Of a stretch of DNA of 44,458 nucleotides, positions 28,553 through 38,547 are shown piece after piece (the stretch's first letter is position 1; each line of letters begins with the position of its first letter). The stretch lies in contig CAWJZV010000001.1 of assembly GCA_963847445.1 (NCBI GenBank), positions 1 to 44,458 of the forward strand, read 5' to 3'. The notes under the pieces were generated by a model. It saw nothing but the letters and a program-made list of their open reading frames with translations, did no database searches and was not told the origin of the DNA. The stretch is from an uncultured delta proteobacterium (GTDB lineage: Bacteria > Desulfobacterota > Binatia > UBA9968). Position numbers and translations under genes: made by a program.

Positions 28553-28658
28553 CACCCCTCCTCCCGTTTGTCCCCTACGTTTTGCACGGCTTGCTTTCGA
28601 TACACTCAGGCCCTGAGCACGCCGAAGGGAACGATTGGAACATTTTGCACCGCCATCT

Positions 28659-29192
28659 TTATGGATCGTGATAATTCATCGCGTTGTGCTGGATCGAGTT
28701 CATGAAATAAAGATGCAGTGGCCGGCCGGTCGCTTCCGCCGCCGCGAGCAAGCGCGGTGAGGTCTCGTAACGACGGAAGAAGTTCTGATAACCGAGCCGT
28801 TCGTAGGCGCTCTGCTCCGGCAGGCTGCTGGCGAAGATGATTCCCGAGGACGCCGCGCGCAGCCGCTGTGGCACCGCCTGCGCCAGCGGCAGACCCTGTC
28901 CGGCGTTGTTGCCGATGACGACGTAGTCCACCGCGTCGGTCAACTCTGCCAGAGTTTTGACCATGCCATGCAGCGAAACCTCGTCCCAATTTCTCATTTC
29001 CGCTTTGCCCAGCGCCGCGTTCAACACCTTGGGATATCCGTCGGCAATTTGAAACACGCCGCCAACCTGGATGATGCGCGCCCAGGGCAACGGCGGCTCG
29101 GTGACGAACTCGCCGACGGTGACTTCGTTATCTAGGATCAGAGCCACGAACTGCTGGCTTCTCGCCTGCTGAAGCTGTGTAGCTAAATTCAT
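28659..29192 (-). CDS. Hypothetical protein
   Basis: Uninterrupted protein-like ORF; GGAAGGA RBS before ATG 29192; VDYVVIGNNAGQG motif; family not recognised. Confidence 0.7.
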   Translation of the reverse strand: MNLATQLQQARSQQFVALILDNEVTVGEFVTEPPLPWARIIQVGGVFQIADGYPKVLNAALGKAEMRNWDEVSLHGMVKTLAELTDAVDYVVIGNNAGQGLPLAQAVPQRLRAASSGIIFASSLPEQSAYERLGYQNFFRRYETSPRLLAAAEATGRPLHLYFMNSIQHNAMNYHDP

Positions 29193-29329
29193 CTGTATAT
29201 ATTCCTTCCGAACTTTGTCGTCATCGAAATAACCAGATCCCATCTCACCACGAAGTGTCCATGAACTTACGCTCGCCTACAGAGCATGAAAATGGTTCGC
29301 ATTCCTAGAAGTTGCTTCCCTTTTCGATT

Positions 29330-29568
29330 CGTCATTCCCGCGCAGGTGGAATCCAGGTGACGGACAGAGTCCGTCATACCGTTGAAAAACGGTATCCAGG
29401 TGGATGATGGCTCTGGATGCCGGCCTGCGCCGGCATGACGTGGCCCGGAGGCTCTTCATTGTGCATATCATCCCCTCACATGTATTTTCTAAGGAGCTCA
29501 CGTAGAGCACCAAGTTCGGAGTTTTGATCATCCGAAGCGTCCTGTCCGTTGTCTTCTTCGTGGTAAAT
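29330..29568. repeat. Three CGTC-type REP units (29330-29356, 29371-29399, inverted 29413-29440) plus a degenerate CACGAAG foldback (about 29490-29568)
   Basis: CGTCATTCCCGCGCAGG..., CCGTCATACCGTTGAAAAACGGTATCCAG, CTGGATGCCGGCCTGCGCCGGCATGACG. Confidence 0.82.
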
Positions 29569-29623
29569 CCGTCGTCAATTCCTCGCTTGGTGAAGATCTT
29601 ACTTCGGACACTTCCAGACATCG

Positions 29624-30660
29624 CTATTCGTACAGACTCTTGATGAACCCGCTATCTTCGATGGACTTGAGGATAGTCGGATCGCTGAACGACGCCGGGT
29701 CGGCAGATTTAGCTTTGGGAAACTCCTTGGCGATGGAGTCGAGCACGGTGCGAATGCCGCTCACGGAAGGATACGGCACGCGGTCGAAATAGGTGTTGGC
29801 ATACTGGTCGTAGGTGCGCTCGGCGTATTTCTCCTTGTCCGCCTCCATGCGCATTTTCTTCAGGATGATGCGGATGCTTTCCTTCTTGTTGCGCTTGAAA
29901 TAGGCGATCCCTTCGACGTAGGCGCGCATCACTCGAGTCGCCTGATCACGGTTGCCGCGCAGGTAGCCGCGCGTCGACACCAGCATGCTTTGCAGATAGT
30001 GAATGTTCATCTTGGCGAGATCCGCCAAAACGCGGAAGCCATTGTCTTCGGCGATGAAATAGGACGGGTCGGTCAGCACCGCGCCGTCGACGACTTTCTT
30101 TTGCAAGCTCACCAGCATGGTCGGCGACGAACCGATCTGCAAGACGTTCAAATCCTCCTGGCGCAGGTTCCAATGATTGAGCAAGAGGGTCAGAACCGTA
30201 TGGGATGCGGTGCCAAAGGCGGTAATGGCGATGCGCTTGCCTTTTAGGGCCTCTGGCGTATCGACATCCGGCCGCACCAGTAGCCGATGCACGCCTTTGT
30301 TGTTGAGCGCGGCGATCATCGTCACATCGCTGCCCTTGAGCATGGAGCTAATCACCGGCCCGCCGCTGGCGCTGGCGAACTGAATATCGCCCGCCAATAA
30401 GGCGTTAATGCCGCGTGCCGCCCCACCGCCGATGAAGATCGCCTCGACGTCGAGACCATGCTTTTTGAAAAAACCGCGTTCCTCGGCCACCCAGATCGCG
30501 CTATTGCTCGGGCTAAAAGCGCCCATGCCGATGCGAATCTTGTCCATGCGCTTGGGCGTATTCTGGCGGGCTGATGAAGAATACATTCACCACGAAGGAC
30601 ACGAAGAGCACGAAGGTCGGAAAATTACTTGACCGAAAACTTCGTGCTCGGGACCTATGG
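29624..30660 (-). CDS. NMT1/THI5-like substrate-binding protein; leader apparently in a shifted frame through a repeat, start uncertain
   Basis: Mature part MDKIRIG...WVAEERGFFKKHGLD...EDSGFIKSLYE; upstream frame reads FVLFVSFVVNVFFISPPEYAQA. Confidence 0.85.
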
Positions 30661-30818
30661 TGAGCGTAGGTTTGTAGGATGTGGTGACCAAAGGGAACCG
30701 CATCGTTGGTAAGTCGCATTCGTTCGATGCGGTTCGCGGACTCACCACATCCTACGGGTTTCGCCATTTTGATTTTCCGCAGGTGTGCGTAATCACATGA
30801 AACACTTCGTGGTGAAAA
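30586..30818. repeat. CACGAAG (9-nt period) foldback with a nested GTAG REP inverted doublet (30674-30755)
   Basis: TTCACCACGAAGGACACGAAGAGCACGAAG ... CTTCGTGGTGAAA; GTAGGATGTGGTGA...CCGCATCG / CGATGCGG...TCACCACATCCTAC. Confidence 0.85.
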
Positions 30819-30839
30819 TGAATTTGTCATCATAATTGA

Positions 30840-31538
30840 TCAACTCGGCCACTCGGCCAGCAGTTTGCCGTAACCTTGGATCGGCGCGCGGCGGCCCAAT
30901 TGCGAAAGTATCTCCCAGAGCATCGCCGGATTGCTGGCGATGGCGGTGATTTTTAAGTCGTTTTCGATCTGTTGCAACACCGGCAATGGATCGAGCACGG
31001 CGCCTTGAAAGTAGATGGCGTCGACAGAGCCGACTTCGGCCAACGCCTGTAGGGTGAGATCGTAGACCGCTGCGGCCCCAAACGGCCGGCCTCGCCGATA
31101 TTGGCGAAGGACTTAGGCGCGCGCACCGAGAAGCCGGCGTCGGTCAAATATTCTTCGATCATGCCGTTCAAGCGGGTCTCGAATGGCGTCAGCAGCAGCA
31201 GACGCCTGGCGTCGTACTGTTGCAACGCATGCACCGACGCCGTAAAGCGGTGGTCACGGGGATTTGCAGCGCCGCCTTGAGTTCGCGCGAACAGTCCGGG
31301 ATTCATCACCTCGGTGGGCGCGCCGATGAGAATGACCGCATGCCACTTCTTTGCAGCGGCAAGTTCACAGACACGGCGCACGACTTCCTGTTTCTTGCCG
31401 ATGATTTCGTAAAGCGATTGGCCGAATAGTCCCAAGCCGTGAAAGTCGAACTGCACAAAGTCCGGCACCAGCTTCATGAAAGCCGTCGTAATGCGGCCAG
31501 GTCGCCGGCCCAGGGCTGACGAATCCGATATTGAGCAA
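30840..31538 (-). CDS. AMDase / maleate isomerase fold protein, paralog of 7332-8057 (several frameshifts)
   Basis: GLGLFG, LLLLTPF, DAIYFQGAVLDPLP, IASNPAMLW, GYGKLL. Confidence 0.82.
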
Positions 31539-31655
31539 TAGAGATTTGATCGGTCAATTCCGTGTCTGTCACTAGTGAATCAATAGCATAGCGAGTCAAG
31601 AAAACCAGGTTCGGCGATGAGTTGTATTGTCGCTGAAGGCCGGGCTAAAGAGAGG

Positions 31656-31793
31656 CTAGCAGCCTGCTTAAAGACCAGTCGGAATGCTTCGAGTGTCTCG
31701 GCATGAACGGAAAATCATCGATGATTTCAAATCCCCTCCGTTCGTCCTGAGCGATGTCGAAGGACTCTGCGAGGGTTTTCAGCCACCTGCTAG
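31656..31793. mobile_element. MITE-like element with CTAGCAG termini enclosing an inverted CCGTTCRT repeat pair
   Basis: CTAGCAGCCTGCTTAAAGACC versus reverse complement of right end CTAGCAGGTGGCTGAAAACCC; inner arms 31685-31710 and 31738-31764. Confidence 0.6.
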
Positions 31794-31821
31794 AAGAATA
31801 GCACCATGGAGATTACTTTTC

Positions 31822-33176
31822 ATGACCGAACTTAACCGACACTCCCCTCGAAGATCGCCTGATCGAGCTCATGCGTCACCTTGGCATCGAGCGCGCTCAT
31901 TTCGCCGCCTGCATGCCGCGCGATTGGGAGGGACTGCTTACATCGGCACGCGCAACGCGTCGCCTCGCTGACTTTGATCTGCCCCATGGGCATCAACTCA
32001 GCGCCTGTGTCCGACAAGCCGCCACCGCTGCTCGTCGTCACCGGCGACCACGGACGCGGCGGCATTGGACGCGATCAGAGGATGCGGCAAAAGATCGCCG
32101 GCGCACGCTCGCTGATTCTAGCGAATTACTTTAGCCCGTCCTGGGCCGACGCCGATTGGCGATCGACGCGATGCCATCGGAATGCCATGAGGGAATTTAT
32201 TCGACACCAACGCTCTCAGGATCTCGCGCGTCGACAAAGTTCTCTGCCGACGAGTCCGAAGGCGAAAGTGCCGACATCACCTACAGCATTCGTGGCAGGG
32301 CGAGCCGTTGATTGCTCATGCCGCTGGCATTCTCGCCTTCCCAGTGGCAACCGCTAATCGAGCGAGTTCGAGCGAACACTTCTGCATATTACGCTGGGCG
32401 GCAAGCATCTGGCATGGTCGCCCATCTCGAAATCGCGCGCCCAGTCGAGTTACATGCGCGTCATCGATCAACTGTTCGACGAATTGAATCTGCAGACCGG
32501 GACAATCGCTATTGGAGGTTGGCTGCGGACCAGGCGCGATCGTGCGTCGTCATCGCTGCCCGCACCCGCGGCGCGAATCCGATCGTCGCCGCTGACGTGA
32601 ATCGTTATCTGATGCGCGAAGCCGCAGCGCTGGCAAAGCGTGAAGGGCTGGACCGGTTTATCGAGTTCCACGTAGGCGACGCCGAGCCAATTGCCCTTCG
32701 CCGACAACCAATACGATTGCACGATCTCCTGCACCGTGATGGAAGAAGGCGACGCCGATCGCATGCTGAGCGAATTCGTTCGGGTCACCAAACCAGGCGG
32801 CAAAGTCGGCGTGGTCGTTCGCTCCACCGACCTACCCAGGTGGGTCAATCTGCCACTTGGCAGTGCGCTAAAAAACAAGGTTGAAGTGGCGACCTTCTTC
32901 AGCGGCAACGTCACCGACAAAGGCTGCGCCGACGCCAGCCTCTACCGGCGCATGAATCGCCGCGGGCTAAAAGATGTCGCGATGCTGCCGCAATGGGCGA
33001 GTCACAAGGACGGCGAAAGATTGGACTACCTGCATGATCGCATCATCGGCGTTACTCAAGCCGGACGAACTCACGGAATGGCGCGCCGCTCTGCGATCAG
33101 GCCAAAGCCGAAGGGACGTTTTTTATTTCCGAACCGTTTCACTGTGCGGTGGGGAGTGAAGCCAGGTAAGGGGTAA
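31822..33176 (+). CDS. Alpha/beta-hydrolase-like N-terminus fused to a class I SAM methyltransferase (many frameshifts)
   Basis: HLGIERAHFAACMPRDW, VASLTLICP; LEVGCG-like motif, LPFADNQYDCTISCTVMEEGDADRMLSEFVRVTKPGG. Confidence 0.7.
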
Positions 33177-33240
33177 AGGGTTAAGAGTCAAGGAGTCCGT
33201 CGATCCGCAACCCCTTACCCCTTACCTATTCACTCCTTAC
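33165..33240. repeat. Heptamer-periodic foldback element between convergent genes
   Basis: GGTAAGGGGTAAAGGG...CCCCTTACCCCTTACC; same family as 8101 and 9183. Confidence 0.75.
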
Positions 33241-33244
33241 TGTT

Positions 33245-34236
33245 TTATGAGCGCAGCGCCGGCAGCACTTCTTTGCCCAACAGATCGATCTGTTCGTACC
33301 AGTCGTTGAAGCGCAGGCGCAAGTCGTAGACGATGTGATTGGCGCCGGCGGCTTCATAGGTTGCGCTTTCGCGCACGATGTCGGCGGGCGAACCGGCGAT
33401 CAGCACGCCGCCCAGGTCTTCGAGGGTTTCAAATTTTCCCGACGGCGGTTTGACCCAGGTGGACGAATTGTGCGCTTCGTCCAACAGCCTTTGAGGTCGA
33501 TGCCGCGCAGCGCGCTCGTCGGCATCCTTGCCGATGGTGGTAAACGGCATCACCGCGGTTTCAACCATCGGCCGGCCCGACTCGACGCAGAGCGAGCGCA
33601 GGTATTCTATCCGTTTGCTGAACGTCGGGTAATTGATCCGCGCCGGCATCCAGCCGTCGCCAAGCGCCGCGGCACGGCGGCATGCCGCCGGCGTGCTGCC
33701 GCCGATCCAGATGGGAATGGTTTTGTCAGGCCGCGGTTTTAGGGCGACATCTTTGAAGTCGAAAAAACGCGCTGCGATGGGATAGCGTTTCGCCGCGCCA
33801 CAACGCCCGGCAGATTTCGATATTGATCCGTGCCAGTTCGGCGCGCTCGGCGAGCCCACTCGGTCGACCGGCAGCGGCAAACTCATGGGGAAAGCCGCCT
33901 AACCCAAGACCTAAAATCAACCGTCCTTTGGAGATTTCGCTTAACGCGGCGCAGGATTGCGCCAGGTGAATCGGATGACGATGGCAGATCGCCATGGCGG
34001 TGCCGAATTGCAATCGTGGTCGTCAGCGGCGCCAATGACGCGAGCAGCAGCAGGCTTTCCAGATGATTCGCGTCGCCGCCTTCGCCGGCATGCGGTGTGA
34101 AAACCAAGTGATCGCGCACCCAGACCGAATCGAAACCGTAAGCCTCGGCGCGCCGCGCGCCCTCGCGGCAGTCGGCGATCGACATATGGGCGCCGAAGTG
34201 GGGCAGCAGCAGACCGAATTTGAATTTTGACGTCAT
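33245..34236 (-). CDS. LLM-class flavin-dependent oxidoreductase (several frameshifts)
   Basis: KFGLLLP, AEAYGFDSVWVRDH, SKGRLILGLGLG, PIWIGGS...RRAAALGDGW, GSPADI. Confidence 0.87.
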
Positions 34237-34303
34237 GATGTCATGTCTTGCAAGTGGATCGATGGTAGTCGCGCTGAGGAAAGCCGGTAACGAAAACTAA
34301 TCG

Positions 34304-34831
34304 TTAAAAATCGATGTTGTACTCTTGGCCCGTTCTGGCTTTTACAGCGGCCGAAACCGCTGCCGGTGTACGAGGAGCCGATGAGAAAGCAACCGAGCAC
34401 GGTGCGCCGGTCGCCTTGCAGCGAAGCGACCCAGTAAAACAGCGGCCCGGTGATCGACTTGGTCGGCCGTCCCTCGGCGGCCGCAGCCGGATCGGCATAG
34501 GCGGTTTCATGAAATCCCGATGTCGGTCCCAATAACCCCGCCTAGAGTTCCGACATGGCGCGACAGGTCCGGGCCGTCAAGCTCGATGGTGCCGCGGCCG
34601 AAGGTTTTCTGATAGTTTTCGACAAATGCCGTCCGGCCGACTCGGTAGAAGCGGCCGAGCAGCACTTCGTTTTCCGGCCCATGAATTTGCATCAGACCGC
34701 TGTCTTCGCGGCCGAAACGGTAACGTCCGTCGTAGGTCACGCCTTCAGGCGATCTCATGGTCATCGGATGGGAACAGCCGCCGAGCAGCAAGAGCGACAA
34801 GACCAGGCCCGAGATAGCGCAACAATTTCAT
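34304..34831 (-). CDS. Hypothetical lipoprotein (frameshifted)
   Basis: Lipobox LLLLGGC; C-terminal LGCFL...GSGFGRCKSQNGQEYNIDF assembled from several frames. Confidence 0.6.
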
Positions 34832-34973
34832 TCGGCCAAATCTTAACATGCTTTGCGCGTGACGAGAAATCCAGCCGCGCAAATTCCGCGGTCCAAGGAC
34901 TTCCTGCGCTTCGCCAAATCGTGCTAAAGGTCGAGTTCTACGAACAGTTCAGCAATCGGGAGTCAATCTTCAC

Positions 34974-36104
34974 ATGGCACAGAACCCACGTATCGAAGCT
35001 TTGATGGCGGCTTTTCGCAAGACCACTTACTTTCGCTGGATGGCCAAGGAAGCCATCCCGGTGGTCGACGGTTATGGCGTCGAAGATGTGCGCGATGTCG
35101 CCATGGCCCCTTGGTCGCGCACCGGAGGCAAAGCGGCTTTCTTAAATCTCTACGGCATGGAAGGCGTCACCGGCATGTATGTCGGCGAGATCCCCGCCGG
35201 CGGCGCGTTGAACCCGGAGAAGCATTTCTATGAAGAAGTGATCGTTGTCCTCGAAGGCCAAGGCGCCACGGAGGTTTGGCAGGATGGCGGCAAGAAGCAG
35301 ATGTTCGAGTGGGGCCCCTGGAGTCTGTTCGCGCCGCCACTCAACACCTGGCACCGATTGATCAATGGCGGCCGAGACGCCGGTCAAATACTTGTCGGTG
35401 AGCAACGCGCCGCTGGTCATGGACATCGTCCACAACGAAGATTTTATTTTTAACTGTCCGTATAATTTCGCCGATCGCTACGCCGCCGCCGACGGCTATT
35501 TCAATCAGGGTCTCAAGCGCTACGAGGCCGGCATGCAGCATATCTGGGAGACCAATTTTATCAGCGACATCCAGACCGCCAACGTCGACAGCCGCGAAGT
35601 CAAAGGCGCCGGCGTCGGCATCACCCAGTTCGAAATCGCCGGCAATAGTTTGATCGGCCATCTCGCCACCTGGCCCGCCGCGCGCTATCACAAAGCGCAC
35701 TATCACGGCGCCGGGGCGATTCTGCTGGGCCTGCAATCGTCAGGATATGTCTTGCTGTGGTCGAAAGAGCCAGGCACCCATCCGTTCGCGAACGGCCATG
35801 GCGATGAAGTCGTCGAGGTCAAATGGAAGGCCGGCAGCGTCTACTGCCCAGGCGGCGGCTGGTTCCACCAACACTTCAACACCGGCGCCGATCCGGCGCG
35901 CCACTTGGCGCTGCGCTACGGCAGCCGCATCCACCCCATCGGTTTCAAGATCGCCGACAAACGCAGCGAAGACGGCGTCTACATCGACGTCAAGCAAGGC
36001 GGAACCTGATCGAGTACGCCGACGAAGACCCGTATATTCGCCAGCACTATGACGATGAGTTGAAGAAGACCGGGGTGAAGAGCGCGATGCCGGCGCTCAA
36101 ATAA
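34974..36104 (+). CDS. Bicupin protein (frameshifts near 35380 and 36005)
   Basis: EKHFYEEVIVVLEGQG...PLNTWH and HKAHYH...GGWFHQHFN cupin motifs. Confidence 0.85.
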
Positions 36105-36105
36105 T

Positions 36106-36181
36106 CGTTCAAAAGTTCAAGGTTCAAGGGTTCAATCCGAATCAGAAAACGTTGAACCTTGAACGCTTGAACCTTTGAACG
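36106..36181. repeat. GTTCAA 7-8-nt periodic foldback element
   Basis: Four GTTCAA units, a spacer, four TTGAAC units; degenerate copy near 39552-39635. Confidence 0.85.
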
Positions 36182-36196
36182 GAATCGAAAGAGGCT

Positions 36197-37545
36197 ATGC
36201 CGGAAAGCAAACTGCGCGACAAATTTTCCACGTCGAGCCAATTTCTCAAAAGCGATATTTGGCGCCTCCAGGCGAGCAAATTAAATCGGCGAAAACTATT
36301 TTACATCAACCCGCTCAGGATCCTGCTGTTGGCGATCCGCCGATTCTACGACGACAAGTGTGAATTGCGCGCGTCGGCGCTGACCTTTTACACCTTGCTG
36401 TCGATCGTGCCCGTGGTCGCGATGGCGTTCGGCGATCGCCAAGGGATTCGGCCTGGAGAAAATGCTCGAGGCGCAGCTGCTCGCCAAATTCGAAGGACAG
36501 CCGGAAGTCGCCGATCGCCTACTCGGCTTTGCCCGCACCCTGTTGGAGAACACCAAGGGCGGCGCCATCGCCGGCGTCGGTGTGGCGGTTTTGTTTTGGT
36601 AGCGTCATCAAAGTCTTAGGCAACATTGAAAGCGCTCTCAACGATATTTGGGGCATTTCCCAGGCGCGCACCTTGGGGCGCAAGCTGGTCGATTATTTAT
36701 CGATGATGATGATCTGTCCGGTGCTGCTGATTATCGCCAGCAGCGTGACGGTGTTAGTGACCACGCAAATTACCGCGATGGTCGAAAAACTCGCCTTCCT
36801 CGGCCCTGCCGGCGGCATGATCATTTTTCTCATCAAGCTGTTGCCGTACACGGTGATCTGGTTCTTGTTCACCTTCATGTATGTTTTCATGCCGAACACG
36901 AAAGTGCAGTTGAAATCCGGCAATCTGGGGCGGGATCCTCGCCGGGACGATCTATCAACTGACGCAGTTTGCCTACATCAAATTTCAAGTCGGCGTCTCC
37001 AGCTATGGCGCGATCTACGGCAGCTTCGCGGCGCTGCCGCTGTTTCTGGCATGGCTGCAATTGAGCTGGCTGATCGTTCTATTCGGCGCCGAGGTCTCCT
37101 TTGCCCATCAGAATGTCGCCGCTTATGAGTTCGCCGCCGACTGCGCCAATCTCAGCCATCGTTTCAAACGCACGGTGGCGCTGTTCATCACCAATCATTG
37201 CGTCAAGGCGTTTGTCCATGCGACAGAATGCGCCGACCGCCGAGGCGATCGCCCAAGAATTGGAAATCCCCATCCGTTTAGTTCGTTCCACTCTTTTCGA
37301 ATTGACGGAAGCGAGGATTCTTGCGGAGATTCGCCATGGCGACAGTCGCGGAGGTCGCCTACCAGCCGGGCTGCCCACTCGACCATCTGACGGTAACCAA
37401 GGTCTTGGGCGCGTTGGACCACCACGGCGAGGACACTCTCCCGCTGGCGGATTCCCCCAGCCTGGACAAGTTGCGCGAGATCACCAGAAAGTTCGACGAG
37501 ATCTTGGAAACCGCGCCGGCGAATCTAAAGATTCAAGACCTGTAA
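36197..37545 (+). CDS. YihY/BrkB family membrane protein with C-terminal winged-helix-like extension (several frameshifts)
   Basis: RASALTFYTLLSIVP, IESALNDIWG, YVFMPNTKV, YGAIYGSFAALP, SWLIVLFGAE. Confidence 0.85.
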
Positions 37546-37641
37546 GCCAAGCACAGCCTAAGGAGTCTCGCCTTCCCGCCATGGCATGAAGATCATTCGC
37601 GAGCGCTTGCTCATGGCAATGTTTAGCTCTACGATTGGCTC

Positions 37642-37809
37642 ATGAATTACCAAGACATCATCACCATTGAACCTGGGAAGCGCGGTGGCAAACCATGCAT
37701 TCGGGGGATGCGGATTACTGTCTATGATATTCTAGAATACCTTGCCTCCGGAATGTCACATCAAGAAATTCTCGAAGACTTCCCTTATTTGACCGAAGAA
37801 GACATTCAG
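37642..37809 (+). pseudogene. DUF433 putative antitoxin, C-terminally truncated
   Basis: ITIEPGKRGGKPCIRGMRITVYDILEYLASGMS..EILEDFPYLTEEDIQ, then similarity stops. Confidence 0.85.
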
Positions 37810-38113
37810 CGGGGCAGTCGATCATGTGACATCGCGCGGAGACCGGCAGGAAACGATCTTTCGGACGACAATCAGATACCACGCAGCGTTTTTGAAACTG
37901 CTAGCGGGAAGTGGTTTTACGGTTTCGCTGGCGCTGTAATGCCTACTGCCTGATCGGGAACCATTACCACCTGATGATCAAAACCCCGGAAGCGAATCTG
38001 ACCAAAGGGATGAGGCAGATTAAACGGCAGTTAAACGGCGTGTTGCTCCCGAGATGGTCCAACCGGCGCCGCCAGCGCACCGGCCAGTTTACTTCAAGGC
38101 ACTACAAACACTG
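37809..38113 (+). pseudogene. Y1/HUH (IS200-like, RAYT-type) transposase remnant
   Basis: GAVDHVTSRGDRQETIF and RFRWRCNAYCLIGNHYHLMIKTPEANLTKGMRQ, SNRRRQRTGQ; no start and truncated. Confidence 0.82.
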
Positions 38114-38144
38114 ATTGTAGTGGAACGTAGTACGGTAATAGATC

Positions 38145-38205
38145 TGACTCTAGTCTTTTTCTAGTCCTTTTTGACTCTAGTCTTTTGGCTAATCTTTTGG
38201 ACCCC
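38145..38205 (+). repeat. Short tandem repeat (GACTCTAGTCTTTT-like, about 4 degenerate units) ending GACCCC
   Basis: TGACTCTAGTCTTTTT CTAGTCCTTTT TGACTCTAGTCTTTT GGCTAATCTTTT GGACCCC. Confidence 0.75.
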
Positions 38206-38547
38206 GCTTCCTGCAACGTCCCTCTCTTAGAACGCCGCGGGTTCACTCGTTCCAGCTCCGTCCCGCCACTTCGTGCCTCCACCCACCTACGGTTTTCAAC
38301 TCGGAAGCACGTTTTCTTCGATACCCCGTTGCTTTCGGCGAGGTTCTTCAATAGCGAGATGGGCTCCCGCCACAAGATTACCAAAGCGTAATTTTACGAT
38401 CATCTTCCAGATTAACTTCCGTTGCTAAAGTTGCCCTCGAAAGGAGGCGCAACATGGAAGCTTGTTAAGACCCCCGTGAACGCTCGGCAAGGAGTCCAAC
38501 CTAAACCGCAGGCGATCTCAAACTAACCACGTTATCTCGAGGGATCT

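Noticed and set aside
38145-38205. Possible CRISPR array, also considered for 29330-29440 and 36106-36181
   Set aside because: No constant repeat with unique spacers of regular length, and no cas genes.
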